Shown: piece after piece, positions 1-37,429 of the stretch
Layout: each line of letters starts with the position of its first letter
Numbering within the stretch: the first letter of the stretch is position 1
Assembly: GCF_963921235.1 (NCBI RefSeq)
Contig: NC_086097.1
Span: 195,984,001 to 196,048,000, forward strand
Direction of reading: 5' to 3'
From: Mobula hypostoma
Lineage: Eukaryota
Length of the DNA: 64,000 nt
The notes under the pieces: generated by a model
Database searches by the model: none
What the model was told of the DNA's origin: nothing
What the model saw: only the letters and a program-made list of their open reading frames with translations
Program-made: the position numbers and the translations under genes

Positions 1-430
1 TTAGTCATAGTCATACTTTATTGATCCTGAGGGAAATTGGTTTTCGTTACAGTTGCACCATAAATAATTAAATAGTAATATGTAAATTATGCCAGGAAAT
101 AAGTCCAGGACCAGCCTATTGGCTCAGTGTGTCTGACCCTCCAAGGGAGGAGTGGTTAAGTTTGATGGCCACAGACAGGAATGACTTCCTATGACGCTCT
201 GTGTTGCATCTCGGTGGGATGAGTCTCTGGCTGAATGTACTCGTGTGCCCAACCAGTACATTATGTAGTGGATGGGAGACATTGTCCAAGATGGTATGCA
301 ACTTGGACAGCATCCTCTTTTCAGACACCACCGTGAGAGAGTCTAGTTCCATCTCCACAACATCACTGGCCTTACGAATGAGTTTATTGATTCTGTTGTT
401 GTCTGCTGCCCCAGCACACAACAGCAAACA
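1..430 (-). mobile_element. Rex/Babar-type non-LTR retrotransposon 3' fragment
   Basis: ORF ending ...LDNVSHPLH...RLIPPRCNTERHRKSFLSVAIKLN; AATAAA plus (GACTAT)n tail; near-identical to the copy at 41150-41656. Confidence 0.75.
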
Positions 431-1069
431 TGTCACTTGCAAAAAAATTAGCATTTTTTGCAAGTGACAGTGGGAATAAGTACTGTCAAGATAATCTGGT
501 AGAGGAAATAAGCAGCATCTGTTGGGTGAAGAAAATGATGTTTGTATTGAAACCATGCATCAAGACTGTATCAGTTATATATTTGGTTATTTTGCAAATG
601 TTACGCAACAAATCTCGCTTGAATGCTAGCAGTTTGGACTTTGAATATGATCACCTAAAATTCTAACACTGGGGGTTGTTGGTGGTTACAGTAACATGCT
701 GAAGTCCATCCTAGTGGAATGCTTATAGCTGCAAATATGAATTGTGCCTGTCATTCAAGACCTTGGGGTCTGGAATGGGCTATGGTCAAGGACCTTATGC
801 TGACTGGCAGAATTATTTTAAGGAAAAAAACTGTTTCCTTGTCATCATCTACGTATCAACAAACATCCACAAGTATAAATTGGTGCTATATTTCTTGCAA
901 TCACTGGTTTGAATGAAATCTATGTTGCTTTGCTTGTCAATTTTTTTTAGCATTATTTAAAAATCCAGTTTTAATCATTCAGTTTAGTTTAATGTAAAAT
1001 GTTTCCCTGAATGTGCAACTGTAAACAAGTTTAATAATTCAGAGTGCTTATTGCTGTTCTGACCCACAG

Positions 1070-25540
<24,471 letters not shown>

Positions 25541-28500
25541 GCCAAGTCAACTGCAGTAGGCTGTTGGTCTGCCAAGATTGTAGGTGTCTTGCTTCTTGAC
25601 ACAATCAACACTAATAGCCCATTTGGAATGCCACTATGCAGTTGCACAGAACCACTTTTTGTTTCTTGAACATGTATCATCATTTGCCATTTCACTTCAG
25701 GGTACTAAGGAATTTTTTATGAACACTAATTGTTTTTAGCCCATGTTTTTAAATGTGAAGAGATACAATCATGTAAAACACTAATCTAAATATTAACTAA
25801 AATCCACTATTTTTGAAAAGGAGTAAATTTTCAATGTCTGATAAGCCTCTTTGGGTTAAGTTTACCCAGGATTTTTTTAAATATAGGGTGCGTGCAGGAG
25901 TTGATCTAGTTTGGCAGACCTCAGTAATCAGATGACTGTAAGCATGAGTATTGCACTGTGTTCAATACTTCTACTGATGTAACTGGAAATACAGCATGAG
26001 ATTTTAAATTTTATACATAGTTTGAGTTTAATTCAGAAATGCAGGAAAATAATGAACACATTTTGTAACTATGAACTAAACTACAATCTTTTAAACTTGA
26101 AATCATGTAATATTAGCTTGGAAGTAGGTTTGGGGTGCTTTTTGATTTTTGGCAAAAGTTGGTTTCTAAAGAATAAATTTCCTTTAGTGACTGTAAAAGG
26201 CTTGGTATTTATGATATCGCTATTTTGCTAAAGAAAATTAGAAATCATAAGCAAGGAAAGTAAGCATAACTTGAAGCTTCAGACATATCAAGCAATAATT
26301 GACGCAGTGTTATTGCTGCAATGTGATATTGACCAAGGTAGAAATGTCTATCATGTGTGAACAGCAACACTAAGTTTATTAAGGATAAATAAAAAAATGC
26401 TAGAACTACTTAGCATTTCAGTAAGGTTAATATATACTGTGGGAAGAATGCTGAAATTTAGTCATGACCTTATCAGCACTGAAGCACAATTCCTTGAAGG
26501 TGGGCAAATAGCATATTCTGCGTAGTCTAATTTCCAAATGTTTACAGAACTTGTTCCATCCATGGAAATTTTTTCTACGGAGCATATCTTCTTAATTAGT
26601 GCCATCAATAGTACATTTTTCCTTCAATATATTTTGTGATAGTTTTAAATCTGTATGAAATCATAGAATCTAATTTTTGTTCATAACCTTTTTGAAAATA
26701 GCCAAGCCTGGATGTTTGTTTTCTGTACTAATTTCAGATTTCCTTTGGCAGAAAGCTTTCTAGTGATTATTTTCATTAATGGACAGAATCATTCCTGTAA
26801 CAATTGTTCAGTAAATAAACACAAATTTGTGTTACCACTTTGCTAAAAGAGGAAAAGTGGCTTGTTTTGACTTATTTCCCAGTTATCTTTTTGATTTCCT
26901 GTACCCTCAAACAAAATATAATGCAATACATGATTTTCTATTCTGTTTCATTTATAGTGTGCACTTGTAAAATCTGCTTAATTGATTTTCCATCTCTTAA
27001 AGCAATTTCCAAATTTGTGGGGAAATATGCTCAAAGGATTTTTCTGAAACTGCCATACTCATAATTTTCTGTGCATGAATATATATTCCTAGGTTTTGAA
27101 GTATTGCCATCAAAAGATAGGAGTTGTGCAGCTGGTGGTGAAGAGGGAAAAGAATATGGAATCATAAAATCAACTCCATAACCACTGTGGTATAATGTAA
27201 AAGGTGTATTTTCATGCATTGCATGTAAATCCACCTTTTTGCAATATTTAAGAAAACCATGTTTTTATTTTGAAAATTGTCCTTGCAAATTAATCAGTAC
27301 TGTTTTTTTTTACAGGGTAGACTTGAATTGAAGCTTTTGTAAAAATGTGGACTTTGGCTAACATTCAACACGATTGTGTGTTGGTTGTAGTTTGGGTATT
27401 AGCTCCTCATGTTAGACTTAGACTGTTCAGGTGAAAGATACCCTTAGTAAGAGTGGCTCTACAGTACAGTTATCTCTAATTAACCACAAAAGAAAATAAT
27501 TGTTTGTGAAATAATGTCACACAGACAACGTATGTTCCAGAGTGTTGAAAGATAAAGCATGTTAAAAACAATGAAACTCAATATGAATCCAGTAATTGAT
27601 CTTAAAGTGATAGACATTAATTTTCATCAGTTTCAATATGTAATGAAGAGATGACATAGTATTGCAATAACCAATTTTACTGCCAGATTGAACTGCATGT
27701 TACTCAATCCTAGTACTTGATTTCAAGATATGAATGGTTCTAATGTATAAATGCATCCAGGAGTTTGTACTTGGCACAGATTATTCTTTTATTGCTGGAT
27801 CAGCTGTTACTTCTAATGAGGTGGTGATGGTGGCAAGCCAGTGCCATGGATTGCTACTGACCTTCTGTTGAAGATGCACTCACGTGTAAAGTATTACAGG
27901 ATTTCAGCCCAGTAATGAAAGGAGTAACAATATAATCCTGTGTCTCAATCTTGGAGGATACTGCATGTGATGGTGCCAATATTTACTCTATGGTGCTTCT
28001 TAAATTCCTGAAAATCTAATGTAGGGACTTCCCACCAAAAAAACTACAATACCATTGCATTGACATTATCTCGTTACTTATCTTCAATCTTGAGCTACAT
28101 ATGTGCAGTTTTGTTTTCAATTTGATCCTAAAGCCAAAATAGTCTCTCACAGCAAACATTGACTTTCAGTGCTGTAGCACCACCATGGCTGTTTCCCATT
28201 GACCTGCATCACTCTGTACCCCTGCACACAAATCACCCCACCATTGGGTTACAACAATTTGGGTAATGGAGATACACCCTCATGGAATTCACAAATTACT
28301 AAATTATCTGAGATATGAAATAGAAATTCACCGTTATGGAATTCATGTGAGGGGAAACATAAACACAAATTGTGTACTTGTAACCTCCCAGCTATTGTCT
28401 AAATATCACAGCTACCAGTTCACCCAGAGAGCCATTTAGGAGACTTGATTCAGAAACTGACAAAGCAATCTCTTCTATTGATTAAAACAACCCTTTTTCT

Positions 28501-28950
28501 TCTGCTTGCATTTGATTTGGTTTCACAGTGAACTGTTCAAACTGCTTAGCTTGAATACTGGATAAGGTTGCATCTTTTTAGCTTTCATGAAAAGATAGAT
28601 TGAAGACTTTGAGAATTGTGAGGAATATTGATTTCAATTGTGGAGGAAATTTTAAAGGGCTTTTGGTAATTGCTTGCAAGTGGAGATGTAAACCGTAATT
28701 AGTGTTTTAAACTAGTATCAGTCAATTGTCTGCAATTTTTGTCTCAACAAATCTGATATTAAGAACTGTTGTGTTTTGATTTGTGTATCTAGATTAAATC
28801 TTGTGTTTAAATAACATCATTCCAGTCAGCTTGTTATAAACATCTGATCAGAAATTTGGATCTTTCTCTTATTCTTGGTTTCAATTATCTCCCACATTTT
28901 CTCTTAGATCTTGCCAAGGGAGTGGGATGTATTTTGCAGAATAAAATAAA
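25541..28950 (+). other. Probable YES1 3' UTR (end uncertain)
   Basis: AT-rich, largely repeat-free sequence after the stop. AATAAA candidates near 26172, 26388, 26814 and 28940; the one used cannot be determined from sequence. Confidence 0.4.
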
Positions 28951-29050
28951 TTTTAATACTGTAAATTGAAACAATTCAGTTGATTCCCTGGCTGGAGATT
29001 ACTTCAATCAGATAAACTGCTGTTTTGTTTAAAATATACATTGAAATCTA

Positions 29051-29183
29051 AGCAGAAGATAATCTGCAGATACTGGAAATCCAAGCAACACACACAAAAT
29101 GCTGGAGGAACTTAACAGGCCAGGCAGTATCTATGGAAAAGAGTACAGTCAGCGTTTGGGACTGAGGCCCTTCATCAGGATGG
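29051..29183 (-). mobile_element. Penelope-like pLTR fragment (family 2)
   Basis: CTGCAGATACTGGAAATCCAAGCAACACACACAAAATGCTGGAGGAAC...CCCTTCATCAGGA. Confidence 0.7.
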
Positions 29184-29327
29184 AAATATAAGCATCCCAT
29201 TAATTTGGCTAAACTTGCCTCTGAGCTGGTTGCAAGTTTCCCAGTTTCAGAATTCAGGGGGGAAAGTCTAGTAGAAACACATCTCAACTTATAACTTTCT
29301 AAAATACATCATGGGAATTTTGACATA

Positions 29328-29630
29328 ATAGGGAGCATTGCTGCCTCAGAACCTCAGGAACTTTGATTTGATCTGGAGCTCAGGTGCTGTCCACATGGAG
29401 TTTGCGTGTTGCTTCTCCCTGTGACAGTATAATGTGATTTGCTCCCACATCTAAAGATGCTTGCATGTTATTTGATCACGAAGTTGTCGCTTAGTTTCAG
29501 TAAGTGGACAAAATAAAGGGCATTGATGGGTATGTCAGAGAGGATAAGTTGCTGTGAGGTGTAAGGTGATTGATAGGATTGCTCTCATGGCAGTTCGTAT
29601 GGACCTGATTGTCCAAATGCCCTTGTGCCT
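29328..29630 (+). mobile_element. Decayed tRNA-derived V-SINE (HE1-like)
   Basis: GCTGCCTCAGAACCTCAGGAAC...GGTGCTGTCCACATGGAGTTTGCGTGTT...CTCCCTGTGAC...CTCCCACATCTAAAGA resembles the V-SINE core. Confidence 0.6.
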
Positions 29631-31949
29631 TTTTAATAATGACAGTTATTTTACTCTGATGTATCTAAATAAATGTTATTGTTTTGTTGGCCATAGAGCA
29701 ATTAAAATATGGAAGAAAACATCAAACTCGAATGGTTCAAGGTCAGTGGAAGTAAGCAAACTCTAATTGTCTTTGTTCTTACCATGTACTTGAAGGAGAT
29801 GGAACCTGCCATTTTGTGAAGCTGTTTTGTAACCTCCTACTTGTGAACTGTTTGATGCACCTGCTTCTTGCTCTGGGATAATCTAATTAGAGCAATTGAA
29901 CGTGGACACAAGAGGTTTGCAATGGACCTGCTAAACCTGAGATCATTCTCAGATAAGCTGTTATCTCAGACAATGGCAGGTTCACAAAAGTAATCTTGTT
30001 ATGTCGGTCCATTGTCTGAGTGACCTTGTTTGGTTTGAAGCAGAATTGAAGGGAACAAAACAAATCACCTAAGGCATGAAGTTGTACAGTCCTTGGACTC
30101 ATCCACTGACCCATAGCCAATTACACTGAAATGCAACATCTTGAACTGGTAAGGAATGAATATAAAAACACATTTTGAATACAAAGGTAACAATATCTTC
30201 AGAGATTCACCATCGCAAGAAAGAACTGCCATGCCGGGGGCTAGGAGAAGAAAACATCCATTGTCTGGCCAACAGGAGTTTCTCTATTTTGGTATAAATT
30301 GGAAAAGTGGTCTGAGTGAGTATTGGTACAAAGGGAACAGTAGAGTAAATGTTTTAAGTCGTTGGCCTGGGGTCAACATAGTACATTGTTGTTTCTATGC
30401 AGACAATGAAGTACAAGCTTTAATTAATTAAGAGTTGTGTAGTGAATTTCTTAACCGAGTTCTGTTGATGAATGGTCAACATTTTTCATGTTCATACCCA
30501 AGTGATTGTACCTATGCCATTGTCCAGGATAATAATGGATCATATTACAACCAGTAAGGATACCCACTAAACATGAACAGTTGATGATAAATCCCAGAGA
30601 TTAAAATTGTAAGACAGTAAATTATGAAATTAAGGTCTTCTATGTGTTATGTGTAAGTAAAAAGTGCCAACCATTAGAAAACTTACTCATGTAATTAAAG
30701 AGCCTTAATTTTGTGCAAAGCCAGGTGGCAGTATGAGCTGGGAAAAGAATGCAGAAAGGCTTCGCAGAATATAGGCAGGCTAATTGACTCGCCTAGGACA
30801 TGACCGATGGAATATAATATGGAGAAATGTGAACCCACAGTCACAGTAAGAGAACTGGAATTCGCCATACAGGACGGATGACACAGAATTTCTTCTCCAA
30901 CAAGGTAGAAAATATTCAGAGTTCTGCATCAGTGAAAGCTTTGGTGGTTCAGTAACATAGTACATCAAACAGATCGCAGGAAAATTAGTCCGTGCACCAC
31001 CAATTTTGTTGGTTGCATAAGAGTTACAGTATAAAGTTGGGAGCAAGACCCAAATTTGCATATGCAGGGTGCTGAAAATTTGTTTAACCTGTGAACCCCA
31101 AATGCCTGGGAAATCCAAATTACGACACACTTCCAGAGAAATTTATCATGCATTGTGATTGGATGTTATTTATTTAGATACACAGCCATCATTATTTTCA
31201 AAGAAGGTAAGCACAAGTGATCACATCCTGAGATTAATCTGCGCTGCCTCAACTTTTGCTAGAAACTTGCCCAGAGTTTTTCCCCTTGCTGTTGACCAGT
31301 TTGGTGATATTTCATTCATAAAGTGCATACTCATGTTTCCTGGTTGCATACCGTTGTAAGCCACAATTTCAAACTGATTAAGATGACTCACCAAAGCCAC
31401 CTGATCCATCCACTGAGGAAAAAAAGATTTTCTACTCAGTTATGTTTTTGAAATCATTTAGGTACATAGCCCTCACTAATTGCCACACCCCGTTCTCTAG
31501 AAAGAGGCCAGGTGACTAACAGAATGAGATTCAACAAACACACTCATCGTTGGAATTGGCAACCGGAGTTAGCACAGAAATAAAGATAGAAAAAGGTATG
31601 TCATTTAATATCTTGTTTTGATGTTTCTAATTATTCCTTATAATTTTAGTTGATATTTTCAATAATCTGAGCAATTTAGTAGATGTCTGATCTCTGACAA
31701 ATTTATAAGACCACAAGATTATGATGATGGCTGATTCTTCACTTGTGAAGATCAGGAGGGAAGAAGAGTTCTCAGGAGTGAAGGCACAATCGTTGGTGAC
31801 TGTAGAGGCCAATTCTGGATCTTCAGACTCTAGAGCAGTAGGGACATGGGAACAGCTTGAATGGGGTGCTTGGGTAGGAGGATCTTTCCTGCGTCTCCTC
31901 TTCAGCAGTTGCTCTTCTGGATTCCTCAAAATTATTGGCTGCTCCGCGG

Positions 31950-32649
31950 ATCAGCGTTTTCCAATGGTCTCTGTCATGAGCCAGTCCCCGCCACTCATTG
32001 ACCTCATTACTTGCCGGAAAAGGCTGCTGTTTAACTTGGCCTTTGTATCTCCAGTGCGGGGCACCATGATCTCTCTTGCCTTGCTAGAGAATTCTCCATG
32101 GAGTATTGTTTTTGTTAACCTGGAGTTGTCCATGCAAGACACATGGCCTGACCAGTGGAGCTGCTTGAGCAACAAATTGACTTCAATGCTTGGAAATTGA
32201 GCCTTCTCCAGGTCCTTCTTGTTGGAGACACGATCCTGCAAGCTGATAGCCATGTTGGAGCGGAGGCAGTGCTTGGATAACCAGATTTGCTTGCAGTACA
32301 AAACCTAGGCTTCGGAGCCGTATAGCAGTGTTGTGACGATGGCAGCACTGTACACCTGGATTTTTGTGGACAGACACAACTGGTGGTTCTTCCACACATG
32401 TTTCTGGCAGCTGTGGTGAGTTGATTGGCAATGTCCCTTACTACCGTAGCATCGTTGGCGATGACACTGCCCAGGTAGGCGAACTGTTCAACTGTAGTGA
32501 GGGGGTGATCATCAATGGCAATCTGAGGTGGGTTGTAAACGCACAAGGGGACTTCTAATGGAGGATCATTGTTTTCTTCAGACTGACCGTTAACCCAGAA
32601 GCCCTTGCGTCCTTGGTGAACTGAGTGACTGCAACCTGTAGCATGTCCT
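31950..32649 (-). mobile_element. RTE-clade LINE, 3' part
   Basis: LTTVEQFAYLGSVIANDATV; QLHWSGHVSCMDNSRLTKTILHGEF. Confidence 0.8.
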
Positions 32650-35600
32650 GTAACCTGTAGTGTGACAGTGCTGGTAAGAATTGGAGGAGATGGCAGTTGA
32701 ATATGTGGCTAAGGAGTTGGTGCAGGGGGCAGGGTTTTAGATTTTTGGATCATTGGGATCTCTTCTGGGGAAGGTGGGACCTGTACAGATTGGATAGGTT
32801 GCACCAGAACTCGAGGGGGAGCAATATCCTTGCAGGTAGGTTTGCTAGCATGGTTCAGGAGGGTTTAAACTAATTTGCAAGGGGGTTGAGACTCGGAGTG
32901 ATAAAGCAGTGGAAGAAATGCATGGAGTAAAGCCAGATCTAACATACAGAGAGGCTTTGAGGAAAGAGAAGCAGACTAAAGGGTGTAAAGGTAGTAAGGT
33001 AGAAAGACTAAAGTGCGTGTACATCAATGCAAGAAGCATCAGAAACAAAGGTGATGAACTGAGAGCTTGGATACATACATGGAATTATGATGTAGTGGCC
33101 ATTACAGAGACTTACCTGGCACCAGGGCAGGAAAGGATTCTCAATATTCCTGGATTTCAGTGCTTTAAAAGGGATAGAGGGGTGGCATTACTGGTCAGGG
33201 ATACTATTACAGCTACAGAAAAGGTAGGTAATGTAGCAGGATCCTCTTTTGAGTCAGTATGGGTGGAAGTCAGGAACAGGAAGGGAGCAGTTACTCTATT
33301 GGGAGTATTCTATAGACCCCCTGGTAGCAGCAGAGATACCGAGGAGCAGATTGGGAGGCAGATTTTGGAAAGGTGCAAAAATAACAGGGTTATTATCATG
33401 GGTGACTTTAACTTCCCTAATATTGATTGGCACATGATTAGTTCCAATGGTTTAGACGGGGCAGATTTGTTCAGTGTGTCCAGGACGGATTCCTGTCACA
33501 GAATGTTGACAGGCCGATAGGGGGAATGCCATACTAGATCTAGCAGATAACGAACCGGGTCAGGTCACAGATCTCTTAGTGGGTGAGCATCTGGGGGACA
33601 GAGACCACCGCTCCCTGGCCTTTAGCATTATCATGGAAAAGGATAGAATCAGAGAGGACAGGAAAATTTTTAATTGGAGAAGGGCAAATTATGAGGCTAT
33701 AAGGCTAGAATTTGCGGGTGTGAATTGGGATGTTTTTGCAAGGAAATGTACCATGGACATGTGGTCGATGTTTAGGGATCTCTTGCAGGATGTTAGGGAT
33801 AAATTTGTCCCGGTGAGGAAGATGAAGAATGGTAGAGTGAAGGAACCATGGGTGACAAGTGAGGTGGAAAACCTAGTCAGGTGGAAGAAGGCAGCATACA
33901 TGAGGTTTAGGAAGCAAGGATCGGATGGGTCTATTGAGGAATATAGGGTAGCAAGAAAGGAGTTTAAGAAGGGACTGAGGAGATCAAGAAGGGGGCATGA
34001 GAAGGCCTTGGCGAGTAGAGTAAAGAGAAACCCCACAGCATTCTTCAATTATGTGAAGAACAAAAGGATGACAGGAGTGAAGGTAGGACCAATTAAAGAT
34101 AAAGGGAGGATGTGCTTGGAGGCTGTGGAAGTGAGCGAGGTCCTCAATGAATACTTCTCTTTGGTATTCACCAATAAGAGGGAACTTGACAACGGTGCGG
34201 ATAATATGAATGAGGTTGATGTTCTGGAGCATGTTGATATTAAGGGAGAGGAGGTGTTGGAGTTGTTAAGCCCCGGGGCCTGATGGAATATTCCCCAGGC
34301 TGCTCCACAAGGCGAGGGAAGAGATTGCTGAGCCTCTGGCTAGGATCTTTCTGTCCTCGTCCATGGAAATGGTACCGGAGGATTGGAGGGAGGCGAATGT
34401 TGTCCCCTTGTTCAAAAGTTAGTAGGGATAGTCTGGGTAATTATAGACCAGTGAGCCTTACGTCTGTGGTGGGAAAGCTATTGGAAAAGATTCTTAGAGA
34501 TAGGATCTCTGGGCATTTAGAGAAACATGGTCTGATCAGGGACAGTCAGCATGGCTTTGTGAAGGGCAGATCGTGTCTAACAAGCCTGTTAGAGTTCTTT
34601 GATGAGGAGACCAGGCGTATAGATGAGGCTAGTGCAGTGGATGTGATCTGCATGGATTTTAGTAAGGCATTTGACAAGGTTCCACATGGTAGGCTTATTC
34701 AGTAAGTCAGAAGGCATGGGATCCAGGGAAGTTTGGCCAGGTGGATTCAGAATTGGCTTGCCTGCAGAAAGCAAAGGGTCGTGGTGGAGGGAGTACATTC
34801 AGATTGAGGGTTGTGACTAGTGGTGTCCCACAAGGATCTGTTCTGGGACCTCTACTTTTCATGATTTTTATTAATGACCTGGATGTGGGGGTAGAAGGGT
34901 GGGTTGGCAAGTTTGCAGATGACACAAAGGTTGGTGGTGTTATGGATAGTGTAGAGCAGTGGTCCCCAACCTCCAGGCTGCGGACTGATACACTGTCACG
35001 AAGAATGCAGTGGTGCAGCAGTAGTTGGAATGCACCCAGCGCATCTTTAAGAAAAAAAGCCTAACTAAACAAGCTAATTACTTAGGTGCCGCCCGGCACG
35101 TAAATGTTGGCCCAGATTGGAGGCGACGCAATCAGCAATCACCTCTGATCTGGGGACATTTACGTGCTGGGCGGCACCTAATTAATTAGCTTGTTTAGTT
35201 AGGCTTTTTTCCTTAAAGATGTGCTGTGTGTGTTCTGACTACCGCTGCACCACTGCATTCTTCACGGCAATGTATCGGTCCGCGGCCCAGAGGTTGGGGA
35301 CCACTGGTGTAGAGGATTGTCGAAGATTGCAGAGAAACATTGATGGGATACAGAAGTGGGCTGAGAAGTGGCAGATGGAGTTCAACCTGGAGAAGTGTGA
35401 GGTGGTACACTTTGGAAGGACGAACTCCAGGGCAGAGTACAAAGTAAATGGCAGGATACTTGGTAGTGTGGAGGAGCAGAGGGATCTGGGGGTACATGTC
35501 CACAGATTGCTGAAAGTTGCCTCACAGGTAGATAGGGTAGTTAAGAAAGCTTATGGAGTGTTAGCCTTCATAAGTCGAGGGATAAAGTTTAAGAGTCGCG

Positions 35601-36154
35601 AGGTAATGATGCAGCTCTATAAAACTCTGGTTAGGCCGCACTTGGAGTACTGTGTCCATTTCTGGTCGCCTCACTATAGGAAGGATGTGGAAGCATTGGA
35701 AAGGGTACAGAGGAGGTTTACCAGGATGCTTCCTGGTTTAGAGAGTATGCATTATGATCAGAGATTAAGGGAGCTAGGACTTTACTCTTTGGAGAGAAGG
35801 AGGATGACAGGAGACATGATAGAGGTATACAAGATATTAAGAGGAATAGATAGTGGACAGCCAGCGCCTCTTCCCCAGGGCATCACTGCTCAATACAAGA
35901 GGACATGGCTTTAAGGTAAGGGGTGGGAAGTTCAAGGGGGATATAAGAGTAAGGTGTTTTACTCAAGAGAGTGGTTGGTGCTTGGAATGCACTGAGTCAG
36001 TGGTGGAGGCAGACACACTAGTGAAATTTAAAAGACTACTAGACAAGTATATGGAGGAATTTAAGGTGGGGGGTTATATGGGAGGCAGGGTTTAAGGGTC
36101 GGCACAACATTGTGGGCCAAAGGGCCTGTACTATGCTGTACTATTCTATGTTCT
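32650..36154 (+). mobile_element. Long CR1 LINE (family B): ORF1 esterase C-term plus frameshifted APE-RT ORF2
   Basis: ~32698-32873 WLRSWCRGQGFRFLDHWDLFWGRWDLYRLDRLH...[58 protein letters not shown] tail; ATGTCCT duplicated at 32643-32649 and 36155-36161. Confidence 0.92.
34957..35306. mobile_element. Fully palindromic hAT MITE inserted in the CR1 RT
   Basis: TIRs CAGTGGTCCCCAACC / GGTTGGGGACCACTG; 8-bp TSD GTGTAGAG at 34949-34956 and 35307-35314; arms complementary almost to the centre. Confidence 0.9.
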
Positions 36155-37360
36155 ATGTCCTCTTTGTGCGTGAGAAGAGCACAGTCGTCCACATATAGTA
36201 GCTCGAGAATGGGCTCTTGCATGATTTTTTGTTGAAGGTATTTCCATCAGTGCAGAACTGAATGTAGATGTTCTCCAAGTGGTCTTTGTTGCATCCCATA
36301 GCATCATGCTGAAAAAGATGGCAAAGAGTGTTGGTGCCAAAACGCAGCCTTGTTTTACACCGGCACTGATGGGGAATGGGTCAGACAGGTCACTGTCGTG
36401 TTTAATCTGTCCACTTTGGCCTTCACGGAGCTGCTGCAAGATGGTGAGGAATTTCAGGGGAAAGCTGAGCTTTGACAGGATCTTCCAGAGACCATCGTGG
36501 CTGACTGTAGCAAAGCCTTGGTCAGGTTAATGAATACCGCTTAGAATCTCATGTTCTGTTCATGACACTCCTGTATCTGGCACAGGACAAAGACCATGTC
36601 GGATGTGCTTCTGTCCATGAGAATTCTGGGGAGGATATTCCTGGAGGTGGACAGCAGAGTAACACCTCTGTAGTTTGAGCAATCCGATTTCTACCTTTTG
36701 TTCTTGTACAGGGAGACAATTACAGTGTTGCATAGGTCATTTTTAACTGAAGCTTTCTCCCAGCAGAGTGTGAATGGGTTTGTGAGTTCACTCAGGAGAA
36801 TGTCTCCACCCATTTTGTATGCTTCCACTGGGAATCCACCAATGCCTGGGGCTTTATGGTGCTTTAGCTTGGAAATAGTGGCTTCGACTTCATCCAGAGT
36901 TGGCAGCCCATTAGGCTTAAGCCTGACCTCATGCTGGGGGATCATTTCAATGGATGCTTCTTGTACCTGCAATTATCTCTGAAAATGCTCTTCCATGCTA
37001 TGTCTATCACCTCATGATGGCTTCCTTGTCTGGCAGCAGGCTGGAGCCATCGGATGAGGATAGAGGGGCTTGAACCTGATGAGTTGGACCATACACTATG
37101 CAGAGCAATACGTAGAGGGCTCAAGTGTTGCCAGTGTGCATAGTGCTGCGTTTATTCAGCTAGAGCAGTCCACCTATCATTTTGCATCTCAGCTTGGCTT
37201 GGAGGGTGCTGCATGTAGTTTTGTATTCTGCCTTGGGCGCATGGTTGTCAGGTCTAGACAGCACCACTTGGTAGGAGGAGCGTTTCTTCCAGAGCAGGTT
37301 CCAGATTTCAATGTCGTTTTCATCAAACCACTCCTTGTTTCTTCTTGAGGAATACTCAAC
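36155..37360 (-). mobile_element. RTE-clade LINE, 5' part (same element as 31950-32649)
   Basis: EWFDENDIEI, PTLDEVEATISKLKHHKAPG, SDPFPISAGVKQGCVLAPTLFAIFFSMML. Confidence 0.8.
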
Positions 37361-37429
37361 TTTGATATATTTTCCTTTTTTTTTTAACTGCTTCAGTAAG
37401 ATGCCCATTGGCCAGTGAGTACAGACCCA

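Noticed and set aside
29698..29751. Exon-like segment with AG/GT borders downstream of YES1
   Set aside because: No recognisable protein similarity and no partner exons.
31540..31575. GGAATTGGCAACCGGAG loosely resembles the ENOSF1 segment LGIGIATGEQ
   Set aside because: Needs an indel, has no flanking splice sites and is too short to exceed chance.
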